A stretch of 64,000 nucleotides of DNA, from contig CM039007.1 in assembly GCA_017499595.2 (NCBI GenBank), forward strand, positions 1,054,001 to 1,118,000. Reading direction: 5' to 3'. Positions 1 through 12,093 of the stretch are shown piece after piece. The stretch is from Psilocybe cubensis (taxonomy: Eukaryota). The notes under the pieces were generated by a model. That model was not told the DNA's origin, made no database searches, and was given only the letters and a program-made list of their open reading frames with translations. The first letter of the stretch is position 1. Each line of letters begins with the position of its first letter. Position numbers and translations under genes: made by a program.

Positions 1-628
1 TTGAGTACTTTGTCATGTGCGGCCATGTCAAGTTCGTGCAGGTTGATGAAAATTAAAATGGATGATTTCAAGTAGCATGATGAGGGGAACATCTGGAAAT
101 GCTTCAGGAAAAGATTCACTAGTAGAAGAACTCTCTGACGAGTTGTTAACAAAGTCAGGAATCTGGGAAAATGGACGAGACTCTGGTGTGGCAGTAGCGG
201 CTTCTGTCTTGGGTGCACTCTACTGAGCATGATCTTGAATTGCTTGTTGGTTAGGTTAATACCAAACCCGGCAGATGATCGAGGTGGTGTGTCGCCCGAC
301 GATGATAACATGCTTAGTGATGAAAGGGAAGGCGATGGTGATGGTGGTAGAGAAGAGGTGGGAGAAAGAGATAAACTTCCTAGGCCGGAAACTAGCTGGT
401 CTGCGACTACGAAAGAATCTGAAAGCTCAGAATCAGATAGCGAGGAGTCGTCGTTACTCACGCTTTCAAGAGGTAGGGGATGAATCGATGAGGTTTGTAT
501 GAGGTGTGGAAATGAATCGGCCGCAATCGTCTCTCAATCCGGTCGCGCGACACACCGACACGACCATCTAATCTAATCAACGCATGCCCCGATCAATGTT
601 GGTTGATCCGAGATCGCCTCATGACAAA
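1..628 (-). mobile_element. Possible degenerate retrotransposon 5' end / gag-like remnant running off the window edge
   Basis: Minus-strand Ser/Pro-rich reading, then pieces in different frames (FPEAFPDVPLIMLLEIIHFNF / INLHELDMAAHDK). From memory these resemble ORF1/gag-like proteins of basidiomycete tyrosine-recombinase retroelements. A TGTCATGA-like start lies near 628. Frameshifted and truncated. Confidence 0.3.
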
Positions 629-800
629 CAAATACAACCACAACAATCACCATCCTTGCATCCTTGATCATGTTCCGGCCAAACTTTTCGGGCGCGCAAT
701 GTCGTATCTATGAAGGCTCACCAAATTCAAAATTTCATTGAACTTCAGTCCGTTCCTCAATAATCTCAAAGACAATGAACAAAAAGTTCATTCAAATATG

Positions 801-3490
801 CTATTGCTCTAAATTCATCCTCGATGTTCGGAATAATTCAACCATCCCAATAGGAATCAAATCGTGATCCACCACCTCCAGACCACCAAAACTATCAATG
901 ATGGCGCCTCCATACACGCTGAGAATCCATTTCTCGTACCAATCCATCGAATCCCATTCCAAGTCCCTGGAGTTGTCCCGCATGGCCTCCCTGATCTTTG
1001 GCATAAGGGTTATGCGTCTTGGATTAGGAGAGCATAGCATCTCCCTGTATGTCTCACCCCATCTGGATAACCAAGATTCCCTCAAAGACATATACTCATC
1101 AAATGACATAAATGCGACTTTCGTAGGACCGACTCTTGAGTCCCGCCTTTCTTTGCTAGCCTCATACTCACTCCTATCACCGTCAGCTTGTTTTTTGAAC
1201 AAATCCTCGGGTGACGCGTTGGTCTTTCCGTTTGATGCCAGAGGTCGCCCAAACTTCTCCAAACCTAGGACATCGAGTGCCACGTTACGCAGCCCCAGTC
1301 CACCTCTCGCAATGGGGAAATAAAAATACCCATCAGGCATGTCTTTAATGTCAAAGCGGTCTTCAATGGTTTTCTTCAGATATCCAACCGCTCCTCCATC
1401 GGTACCCTCGTATTTTGGAAATAGCTCCGTCTGAATACGACCCATGGTTTCGATCAAATCGTTGATGTGCGCATCGGTAAAACAATTTGCAGGAATACCT
1501 CCAAAATTTCTCAAGAATGAGGCGACATATTTGTTGTAGGCATTGATCCAACCGAATACGGATTTCGAACCCGCAAGCTGGCGTTTCGTCTCGGCGATAT
1601 GACGGTTAACATCCTCCTGATCAATAACAAATCGACCAGTGTTTGGGTCAAATTTTAGGAAACCCCAGCGGACATCTCCTTCAGGCAGCCTAACGTGGTC
1701 ATCCGTCAGTGTCCCCACGAAGGTGGAACCAGTTTTCTTCTTGTTGAATTTGAGCCCAGCAAGATCGGCATACGTGTTCATCTCTGCCCACCCGTCAGCC
1801 ACCTTCTTCGCATCCGAATCCCATATCCAGAGGTCGTCGTGCATTCTGTACAGGTGCAGGCCTCCAGCCCTCTGATTGACCGCCAAATCCATGACAAAAA
1901 GGACTGCCTCTCCAAAAACAACGCTCATGGCATACGCAATTGGCGTACCGCGTTTGCGGATGCGAGACTGGGTATCTTCTGGAAAACGCAGCGGCGTGGC
2001 TAGGAAAGCACGGAAGAAATTGAGCCAGGGTGTAGGGAAGCCTAAGAACTCGAGCACGGTGAAGATTGTGTCGTGCGGCAGAGAAGGCCCGAACCACTCC
2101 AAATCTGAACGGACAATACAGTGACTACCGTGCAGAGTTTTGTTCAAGTAGCAATCTGTGGTCATGACATGTAGTAGCTTGCGCTTGACTGTTGCAGGTG
2201 AGGCCATGTTTTCGTCTTCGTCATCACCTTCTGGAGCATCCACCAAGTCATCGTAGCTCGATGGGATGCTGACTTCGTCCTGCAACCGATTGAGGAAGAA
2301 GTATTGTCTCCGATTATCATCCCTTGCGCTATTGACGGAAAAGGATCCGTCCCCGTCCTGTAGTTGCATAGACCAACGTTTTGAATTCGCAGGCGTTGGT
2401 TGACCAGGACGCGCCCAAGCTTTACTGTCAAAGACATCGAATAATCGTATCTTCATCTCGACTTGCCATGCCACTGCTATATGCTGAAGGAACAGTGCGT
2501 CGATAATCTCTGGGTCGGTGAAGCCCCTGACAAGATTGGTAAATATCAGATTTATGCATTTGCCTTTGGGAGTTACGCTTACCGATATTTTCCATGAAGG
2601 TGACGGCGAAACTCGACAACCATCGGCTCCTTTGGCCAGCACCAGGAGCCTAGGTTGCTCAGCCGCATGTTGAGGACGCTGGCCAACTCCTTCATCACTG
2701 TACCATTCCCCTTGAACGCCTTTAGCACGTCTCTGTTTTCCTCGTCCATCAATCCAGATGACAACAAGCCTTGGATAGCATAGCCCACATCCGCGGTTGT
2801 GATGGGCTTTCTTTGCAGAGCATATCCAAAATTGGCAAAATTGTTCCTCAACCTTTCCAATGCGGCTGCTCCCTCCGCCGAATCAAATAGCCCTTCCAAG
2901 TAATCATGCAATTTGTCGGTGTCGATGGGATAGTCTTCGAAAATGACAGACTCAAGTTTCTCCTTCTCCGCACGCAGATCCGTCCGCCCAACATCCACAA
3001 AGCTCATCGCATCCGAGTCAAAGGTCTCCTCTTCCACTCCGGATTGATAGGTCAAAGCCGCAGAGTCTCCGCTAGATATCCACTCATTAAACAGGTTCCC
3101 AAACAGCTTTGCAGCGTTGAAACGTAGGGTATTGTGGTGCATGTGGTCCTCAAGCGTTTGTGCCCATCCTCGTGCAACGTCGATATTGAAGCTAGGATCC
3201 CTTTCTGCCTGGTGGATCCAAAAATCAAGGTCTGAGAGCTGAAGCTTGCCGCCAATACTGTCAAGCCTGCTAACTGCACCGGACCCTGTCCAAGATTCAA
3301 CGGCTTTGGCAAGAACCTTAACTTGACCAAGAATGTCCCCCTTTTCCGCCAACGCTTTTGAGTCGTCTATGACCTTGATATGCGCCTGGTATGCGAGACG
3401 TTGTTTCTCAAGCTCGGCGAGTTTGATGTCCGTTATGAAGCTTATTGTCCTTCCGAAGGATGATTTCCCGATGTTGGATGGTTTGGACAT
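801..3490 (-). CDS. rvt: rvt-type cellular reverse transcriptase-related protein, about 877 aa, 2 exons (3490-2583, 2526-801)
   Basis: The 303-aa and 613-aa ORFs join in frame across a 56-nt GTAAGC...CAG intron (2582-2527), giving GKYR-GFTDPEIIDALFLQHI. N-terminal coiled coil ITDIKLAELEKQR. RT motifs IVRSDLEWFGPSLPH (catalytic Asp), KRGTPIAYAMSVVFGE, LYRMHDDLWIW (HDD in place of YxDD), GLKFNKKKTGS and VRWGFL. No gag, protease, RNase H, integrase or endonuclease. Confidence 0.88.
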
Positions 3491-4555
3491 GTTGCGGCTA
3501 CTGAGTTATTGGTAAGTCTTTCCGAAGGGTCTGAGCTGAGGGCGAAACTGAGGGCTTGTTTTTTCATTTTGTTATTGTAGGCTGGTCTATTTATCTGAGG
3601 TTGCTTTGAAATTCTATGTCCTTCTATGGGATACGAGAACCTCCTTGTCGATGTTTTGAGCGCTCATTTTGTTGTCGAAATGACTCGTTTACTTCGGGCT
3701 TCTTGGCCGAACCGTTTTTGCTACGTGGAAGTACCGCATTTGTTACATTTGTGCAGAACATGTGCATCTTTTCCTGACGCACCAACACTAGATTGAGAAA
3801 AATGCAGTGCAGAACTGTGCAGAAGGTAAAAGAACAATTTCGTGTCTTCTACTTAAGTAGCAGTATAGTACTCGCGTACCGCGTTCTGAAGTTTCGAGTA
3901 CGAATGCTGTCAGTAATTGACTCCGGGTGCACTGGCCACCAACCGACTTGGTTTATGTTCTTACATGTGGGCCTCAAAATATGTATGCAAACATTCTGTT
4001 ACCTTTCCGTATTGAAAGACAGTCAAGACTGGACAAGGATCTACGAGACTACTACTGGCTGTCGGGAATGGTGGGAATTTGTACACTCGTGTCAAATTTT
4101 TACCCGATTGAGGAGGACAACAGGGGTTTTACGGGTTCGCAGCTAACGATCATCATCAGTTGCTTGTCACATCCGTCATGGTGTTCGGGACTCTCGACAG
4201 TTAAAACCTTAACGGTGGTCTAGTTCTTGATCGCTGTAGCCTTACCAGCTCGACATGATCTTGATTGATATATTCAAAAATCAATTCACAATGGTAGGCT
4301 ACACCGTCTGCTTCTCTTCACTGACTAGTCTGAAATCTTGTACTAGGTTGAATGACGACAGTGAACAATATGATTATTGACCTACACAAACATCAAGGCT
4401 CCTATCGGCGGAAAACGAGAACGAGAACTAAATGAAATTTATTCACGGATTGATGTATGATCCCCGCGTTCTCTGTCAGAAATCCTAAACTTGGCCACCG
4501 ATGGTATACAAAAGGGGGCATCGTTAGAATGATGGTAGTCTCCCTATCCCTTCTC

Positions 4556-6174
4556 ATGCCATCTCGGACTCAGCCTCTTTATGCTTTCAATCTTCCGTTT
4601 GAAGTATGGCAGCACATCTCGTCGTTTCTTTCTGTGGATGAAGTATGGGTGCTACAAGGTTTGAACCGTATGTTGCGGGGTATTGCTCTGGATACGCGAT
4701 TTCGATGCATCAAAGTGAATCTTTCGCCGCAGCACCCTGCGAGCTACGCGAGGCGCTTTCGATTTTTAGGGTAAGTCTGAATACTGATTGGGATGCCACT
4801 ATTTATCAATGCTCTTCAGGGAAGATCACATAGCAAAGCGTGTCAAAGAGATCCATTTTCTGCCCCATGTTCCTCAGGATCCCTTTGACGTGAAGGGACC
4901 TCGCCATAAAAGTGAGATGAGGACAAGTAGGTCTCAATTCAAGGGAATCTTCGAGGATGTCGTTTCGCCCGAGTCGAATTTCATTGTCACTACCATCGCA
5001 CGTTTTAAGAAAGCGTCACTTTTGCGCATCGAAGCCAGCTACGACACACGCTTGCGTCCCCCGGTTCTCCAGCTTATACACGGAAGTCTTCGAATTTTGG
5101 CCAATACCATTCGTAGTCTGACCCTCATGGTTTCTTTCGACATGATGTCTACCATCATTTTGCCAGACCTTGTTCTGACTCGACTGGAAGCTCTTGAAAT
5201 CGTACCTTTGATACTGGAACGGCCCAATAATCAGAGCGAAATTTTGACCCTTTACTCCAACACATTGAAGGCGACACTATTACCCTTTGTCAATCGCCAC
5301 CGTCTTACATTGAAATCTTTCAATTTTGTTCCTCAGAAAACCCAAATGCTCTGGATCTCCTCAAAGTCCAAATGCATGGCACATTTTAATATGTCTCTGC
5401 TATTCGAGGGCATAAACCATATTCCACACTTGGTATATTTATCTGTCAGTGTCCCCGCTACCACGTCTACCAACGATGCCACCCAGCGATTCTTTTCTCT
5501 GCACTCTCAATCCCTCCGCCATCTACAGATTTCCATGGCTCACATGTCTGTTCTCAACTACTTAACCTTCCTGGAACGATTCGAAGTCCCCTTACCCCAA
5601 CTCGAAGTTCTCACCCTTGATTGCGGCTTTCGGTCACGGAGTCTCATTGCTGATCCAGCTCTCCCCAAATTCCTCGGCCAATATGCTTCAAACTTAATCA
5701 GCCTCAAACTTTTAAAAAAACAACTGGGGAAGTGCGAGATTTTTTCCCTATTTGAAATACCGCATGGGTCGCCTGTGGTTTACAACAAGCTCCGACGGCT
5801 CGAAGTCTGCCTGTACTGCTTGACACCAGAAATCATAGACATGCTGGCGTGCTCATTGCCTGCGCTCGAAGAACTCGATATCGCCGTTCGCATTTTCAAA
5901 GGAGAAACCGCATCAAACAATGGAAGGAATCAGGTACGGTTTGTTTATGATGCCACTCTACAAGCATTCATATCTTTTCATTATTATCTAGTTTTGCGTG
6001 GAAATGTGTGCTCGTAATTACAGTGGGTGGACGCTTCAACGACTGTCAGTAAAAAGCGTTGATTCGAAGCCGATATCACTCGCGAATGTTCATTGCATCT
6101 TTGCAATGATCGAAGCACTGCCTCACTTAGTATTTATCAACGAGGTCAGCCGAATTTCTTACTACGTGTCGTAG
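4556..6174 (+). CDS. F-box domain / LRR(RNI)-like protein, paralog 1; introns 4771-4819 and 5934-5991
   Basis: F-box motif LPFEVWQHISSFLSVDEVWVLQGLNRMLRGIAL followed by degenerate LxxLxL repeats (LPQLEVLTL, LRRLEV, LPALEELDI). Spliced frame is open to TAG at 6174. Confidence 0.8.
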
Positions 6175-6544
6175 CCTTCCTGTTGCCTCCGCGTGTATAT
6201 ACTTGACACCAAGCATTGTTGTTGTTGATTTTGGTGGAAACTTCGGGATGTGACTGCCGCCCTGCGGCTCGTCACCCAGTTTCTAGAGTCTCTGCTCTGA
6301 GTCTCGCGTCTTCAGTGTTAATTCAGACATCTGATCCGTACCTCATAAAAGGGGATAATTTCAATTTGATTTCTTGTGAGGTGTGGGGAATTTTAGGGGT
6401 ACCGCGTACCGGACAGTGCTGAACACGTGCCGCCTGCGCCGATGATGCATGCCCTCCATCCAGAAGCCCTTGAACCTTGAATATTGAATGCTTTGACAAA
6501 CACCACGCCATCCTTCCAACCTCCGAACTTCAAGGTTAAGCCCA

Positions 6545-8076
6545 ATGGCAACGTCTTCGTCCACGTCTATCTCAAAAGACACGCCCTTACGGAAGAGGAT
6601 GCGTGTATTGGAACGGGCACAGTCGCTCACCAGCCTGAACAAGTTGGATGGCAAACCTTTGGACATAAATCTCAAGCACAACGATACTGCGGAAGATGTA
6701 CCACACATATCCTACACTGATTATGAAACTATATCCAGCTCAAGCGATGACGAAGGCGGGGCTGAAAATCGAGAGGAAGCGTCAAATACAAGCAGAACGG
6801 AGCATGCTAAACCCCAGAGGCCCACATTGGACACCAAGGGCGCATACCACTATTCTCGCAATAGGTCAGAGAGATCAGAGAGTAGCCCAATGTCACCGAA
6901 ATCACGGGCATGGTACGAGTTCGACCTAGCAGTGGTCGTTGCTTTAGTCTCGCCAATTGGGAACTGGCTTACTGGCGGGGACCATGTCAAGAATCTTCTC
7001 CTTATAGTTTTACTCATTTTCTATCTGCACCAAGTAATCGAAGGTCCGTTCATCCCTGCGTCAATTATCTCTAGCTAACGGACAGTTCAGTACCATGGAG
7101 ATTGTACCACAAATGTCGGCCCCATAGACGAGCGGAGCACATCCCACCGTCAGGCGCGCTTGCAGATTCAACGTCGAAAGAGGCACAATACGCCCAACTC
7201 GCAGCCTCCGAGCTCCAGAAATTCGAATTTCTTTTCCTCTTCCTCACATTTCTCTCTCCGTTTCTTGGAGCCGCGCTTCTTCGCTATGCAACCGATGCTA
7301 TACTGGGTCCAGACGCGGTCTCGTGGTTCAGCACCGGCTTATTCGTCCTCGCTACCGGCATGCGACCATGGATACATCTCGTCGAAAGGCTGAACGAACG
7401 CACCGATGAGCTGCATGATTTTGTCCATTATCCATCCCCTTCTCATTCTTCTTCTGAAGAACGACAAAAACTTCTCGAAGACCGCGTCGCCCAGTTAGAG
7501 AAATCGCTTCTTAAAATGAAGACCAAGGTTAACCATGCCACGGAAGATGTATACGACTACGTTGACGATGCCGTTGACGCTGTTGAGCATGCTATCCGGA
7601 AACAGGACCGACGATGGGATAAATTTGAAGGCAAGATTAAAGACGTTGAACGGGTCGTCGTTCAGTTATCTTCAAAAGCTTCGGCGCAGCCAAATCTCTT
7701 ATCCAAAACGATTTCAATCGATCTGTGCAACATGAAAGCATATACTCGATATTTACTCGCGAAGCTGGTGCCCGACTGGATTATACATCCTCAAAAGATG
7801 ATATATTCGTCTTACCCTGAGGATCCGACGGCCAACATTATGCTCACCAAGAAAGTGAAAAAGCGCTCAATATCTGGATCATCGTCTCCCTCCCCTTGCG
7901 TTACCCCTTTGGAGACCATTGTCGAGGAGAGCGCTGAATATGTCGAAGATCCCGTAGCTCGCAGCTCTCTCCTCGCCAGACCTTCCTATATCACATCGGC
8001 ACTGATTTATCGCACCGGCTACATAATGACTGCGCCTCTACGCGCTGTTCTAAGGATGATCTTGAGAAAATATTGA
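6545..8076 (+). CDS. Conserved hypothetical fungal membrane protein with coiled coil; intron 7044-7090
   Basis: The 177-aa and 324-aa ORFs splice in frame (QVIE-VPWRLY). Several hydrophobic helices (LLLIVLLIFYL, FLFLFLTFLSPFLG, WFSTGLFVLA) and a heptad-like segment. Confidence 0.75.
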
Positions 8077-8533
8077 CCAACCGGGCCACCCCGCTACCTC
8101 TCATTGCTACACTGTTCTACCGTATTTATTCCCATCCACTGTACCGCAGCATCGCCATCTTTTTGTACTTGACTTTCCATCCAGTTGTATCATTACGTCT
8201 TCCACACTACGTCTTCCACCTAAATTGCCCTACAGACCTACAGCATTGCAAGTTCCTATCGCGCAACTTTCGACAAGTGATTCTTTCTATACTTAAAGAT
8301 GCACTTTCAGGTCCTCTCAGTCACTACCTAGTTCTCTGCATTCAGGGGTTCAACGGACATTGATGCTGTTTGCCTTGACTGACAGATGATTTTGTAGCTG
8401 CGACGTGCGTATGCTTGTGAAATGATTGCTAAATTCCAGCGTGATAACGGTTTCACAAGACCTTCAGAAAACGATTTGGCTCTTTCCTCCACGACTTCGA
8501 AAAGAAATTCAAATTTTATTTAGAGTTATGTTC

Positions 8534-8582
8534 CCGAAGTTTTAGCGAAGGTGTTGTTTGACCACCTTCGCTAAAACCTCGG
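8534..8582. repeat. Inverted repeat: 20-bp stem with one mismatch and a 9-nt loop
   Basis: ccgaagttttagcgaaggtg-ttgtttgac-caccttcgctaaaacctcgg. Confidence 0.85.
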
Positions 8583-8688
8583 ATTTTTAAACCCGGGCGC
8601 TAGGTGATATTTAATTAACTTTCCCCGCATTTTGTGCCAATTGCCTACCCTCCACGGACACTCACTTGCCCCCACATTCTCCTCCATA

Positions 8689-10914
8689 ATGTCTACTTCT
8701 GTAAATCAAGACAAGCAGAATCCAAATGATCTCCCTGTGACTGCGATTCCTGTCACTCCTGATGTCCGCGTTTCTGGCACTCCCGTGCCACCACCACCTA
8801 AGAAGACCAATGCGTTCGGCTATCCTATTCCAGCACCTCAGATATTTCACCCTGCGGCGGCGACGGCAACGCACTTTTTTATCAGCGACAAGCAGTGGGA
8901 CGAGATTTTAAAGCATGGTGAATTTGACGACATTATCGTTGGAAGTGGATTTTGCGCACTGGCGTATGTTACCGAGGCACTGGAAAGGGATCCGTATAGA
9001 AAAATTCTAATTCTTGAGCGTGGAGGTCAGAGACTTTGAAATGATTGTAATATGATTATAACTCACACATATCCTAAAGGCTTCTGGCTGGCGGATCACT
9101 ATCAGGTATTAAGCGAAGTTGCAGTTCACAGGAGCAGTTCTGACACTGAATTTCTCAGAATTTACCACTCCCGTATAGAGTCATTTTGGGCGAGTCGACT
9201 GTTTCATTTCCGTGGCAATTATCTTCAAAGACCTATCAATCCGAGCTAAAGTGCACACGGCAAATTCTGTACCTTGTTCCAAGATACTGATTTTCTTCGA
9301 TGAGCTAGGTTGGTGGCCGGCTTCACACCGTTCTTCGGGGGGAGGTCGCCATTCTGGTAAGACTTTGAATCATTTTAAGGGGTTAAAAATGGATTCTGAG
9401 GTGATATTGGTCAAGGTCTGGATGGTGCCCCGAGCCCACAAGGAATTATATGAGGGGTTGGCCCGAGTCGATGCTCAAGACTACCGAGGAACCCATATTT
9501 TGGGAGAAAGCCAGACGTTTGCTCCATGTTACGCGTGCAGACAAAATACAGGACGGCGTCTTTTCCACTCTTCAAACAAAAATTGATCACATACTTCAGA
9601 AAAACATATCCCAAATTCTTTCATCTCGAAGCGCTGAGCCGGCTCCTTTGGCAGTCGGTAGGAGGACACCGACTTCCAGGCTCCTGTTCAACAAATTCGC
9701 TGTTCAAGGCCCACTTCTTACCCTTCATAATAAGCAAAATCAGCTGGCAAACACAGGCAAGGGCAGTCCACTTCTTATCGCTACAGATGTCACCGTCGAA
9801 CGCTTCTTCGCCGATGAGGAAAACAACAACGCGGTCAAGGTCCTGAAGACTTCTCGAGGAAATCTATGCTTCCCTAAAGGTAAAACGAACATCATCCTCG
9901 CAAACAGCGCTATACCAGCGGCTACGGTCATCTTGAACTCTTTGGAATCGATGAAAGCTCGAGCAGGTCATCGCTTAAGCGGCCAGATCCTAGGCCAAAC
10001 CATTGCGCGTTTCCCAATTGATCAAGAACGTTTCCCGGACCTCGGACGCTGCACCAAGGGAGATGCTTGCGACGGCGATTGTGGCTATAACTTGCAGATG
10101 ACTGCAAACTACATCGCTGGAATGGACGATGCAACACAGCTTCAGTATCACATTCAGGTATCCGCCATCTATTCTCCTCATCCAAAATGGGATATCGTAG
10201 ACGCTGCGCGGGAGAGCACAGATTATGCTGCATCTGTTACACCAGAGCAGCTAGAAGGTTCCGAAGACCATCTCATTCTTGGTAAGGGTGTGTCTCAAAT
10301 GTTCAATAATGCTTATTGAGTAACATGCAGTTTGCACGAGCTTGGGCGAATATAACGAACAGAATCCGGAGGCATGGGTGAAATACAACCCGCAGGACAG
10401 AAATCCAATTACTAACGTCAAGGTCCAAGCCACGATGGATCCCAAGACGAAATCTCTGCAGAAAGTCATGGATCAAGCAACGTAAGTAATGATCGACTGA
10501 AATGCTTACCGTTGGCTTATCTCCTATGTCTCATCTACAGTTTCGACGCAATCGCTGTTATGGCGGGTCCGCAATCTCGAGAGCTTGAGTATTGGCATCA
10601 CGAAGGTGGATGGAGTAATGTCAAACCCACTCCAGAAGAGGTCTGCATGCCTGGGCTTATTCACGACGCCTCGACGTTGTATATGGGACCTGAGTCGGAT
10701 CCTCACGCCGCTATTGACCAAAACTACGCGGTCTATGGCTGCAAGAATGTTTATGTAACTGGTGCCGCCATTTTCCCTTCTGCTGGTATGTTACACGGCT
10801 CCATGGTGAAGGGTGAGACTGACGCCACTTTAAGGATCGTGGAATCCAACCTATACCATGGTTGCATTTGCCCAAGATCTCGCAAGAAAAATTGTCCCAG
10901 TTTCAACGAGGTAG
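8689..10914 (+). CDS. GMC-family FAD-dependent oxidoreductase, multi-exon, no evident signal peptide
   Basis: Rossmann motif DDIIVGSGFCALAY...ILILERGG, spliced FGGRSPFWSGWCP, and C-terminal IHDASTLYMG plus NVYVTGAAIFPSAG-SWNPTYTM (His/Asn pair). Stop at 10914 after the last intron. Confidence 0.85.
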
Positions 10915-11156
10915 CGGCAGTGACCTGGTAAAACGAGTACATTTCTAATAGTGTACTATCTTCCAAGATTTTTAGGCATCTAAGTTTCAACAAAATATAC
11001 TCACATTCGCAGTCGCGTCGTGCTCATTTCGAATATCATGATATAGCTCTAACATGGTATATGCGTATTGGAACTCAGTATGGCGCAATTTACTTCCTCA
11101 CAAGCTTCATAATGACTTTCAAACTAGGGTCCGAAGAACCTCGATACAATATTCCT

Positions 11157-11360
11157 TATGTGCCGTGATGTTATTTCGCTCGAAGCCATTGTTTGTATTT
11201 ATCAACTGATACGCTCGGGATTCCATCAAGTTTAACCACACTATGGTCTCCTATTACGGTACGTTGAATTTAACAGGATAGTCATCGCCCATAGTGAAGG
11301 TACTTCTGGAACAGGAATCATTGGTGAGTCTTCTTATCCATATCCTGTCGACTACCCTCT
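11157..11360 (+). repeat. Diverged direct repeat, copy A (copy B at 15630-15928)
   Basis: Shared blocks ttcgctcgaagccatt, atcaactgatac, ttaacaggatagtcat, gaaggtacttctggaac, ggtgagtcttct and ctaccctct occur in the same order in both copies. Confidence 0.8.
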
Positions 11361-12093
11361 CATCAGCATTCCCTCGACAATCGAAAATGAGTAGACTCGG
11401 GACAGACTGCATGATAATCTGCTACAAAATCGTGCTCCTGTGTCTCTGGGACAATGAACTGTATTGACAAAATATGAGGATCAGCCCGCTGAGCACTGCG
11501 CGTGTACCTCAGCGCATTAGTTGACTTCAACAATGCATCGGCAGAGACACCTGAGGGAGGCATGACGAAAAAGTGACAAATCCGCATTTTTACTGGTGCA
11601 AGTGCTCCTTATCTTCTAGAGCGTTTTCTAAAGGCTTGCAGAGGCTGAGACGGTCTAAATAAAAGCCACAATTCGTATCATTGCTTTCAAGGATGGCAGC
11701 AAAATGGATTACTGATCGTACGTCAAGCTCCGAAAAGCTGATCATTGAATTAGGATTGCCTCAAACAGTTAAGTACTTGACGATTAATGTATCCTGTCCC
11801 GGGCAATGAGTTGAAAGGATATCTGGGGTTCAAGACGAGGACCTAGTCCGAGAAACTATAGCTAGTATAACCCGCAACACTAACCAAAAAGGTTCAATAA
11901 TATCTATGCAGTTGACACACCATATGTACCATACTCCCGAAGATCTGGAACCGAGATTAAAGGAATCAGCATTCATACGAGGGCTCAAGCGCTCAGGAGC
12001 TGTTCAATTGTGAATATCAACGACATTTACTTATATATATATAATTGCTATTCTCTTCTGCCTACCTCGACATTATCATCGCGAAACCCAACT

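Noticed and set aside
801-3490. Reading the RT gene as a LINE, LTR element or telomerase
   Set aside because: It has a spliceosomal intron, an HDD motif and a coiled-coil N-terminus, and lacks TE domains, terminal repeats and a telomerase T motif. This fits rvt.
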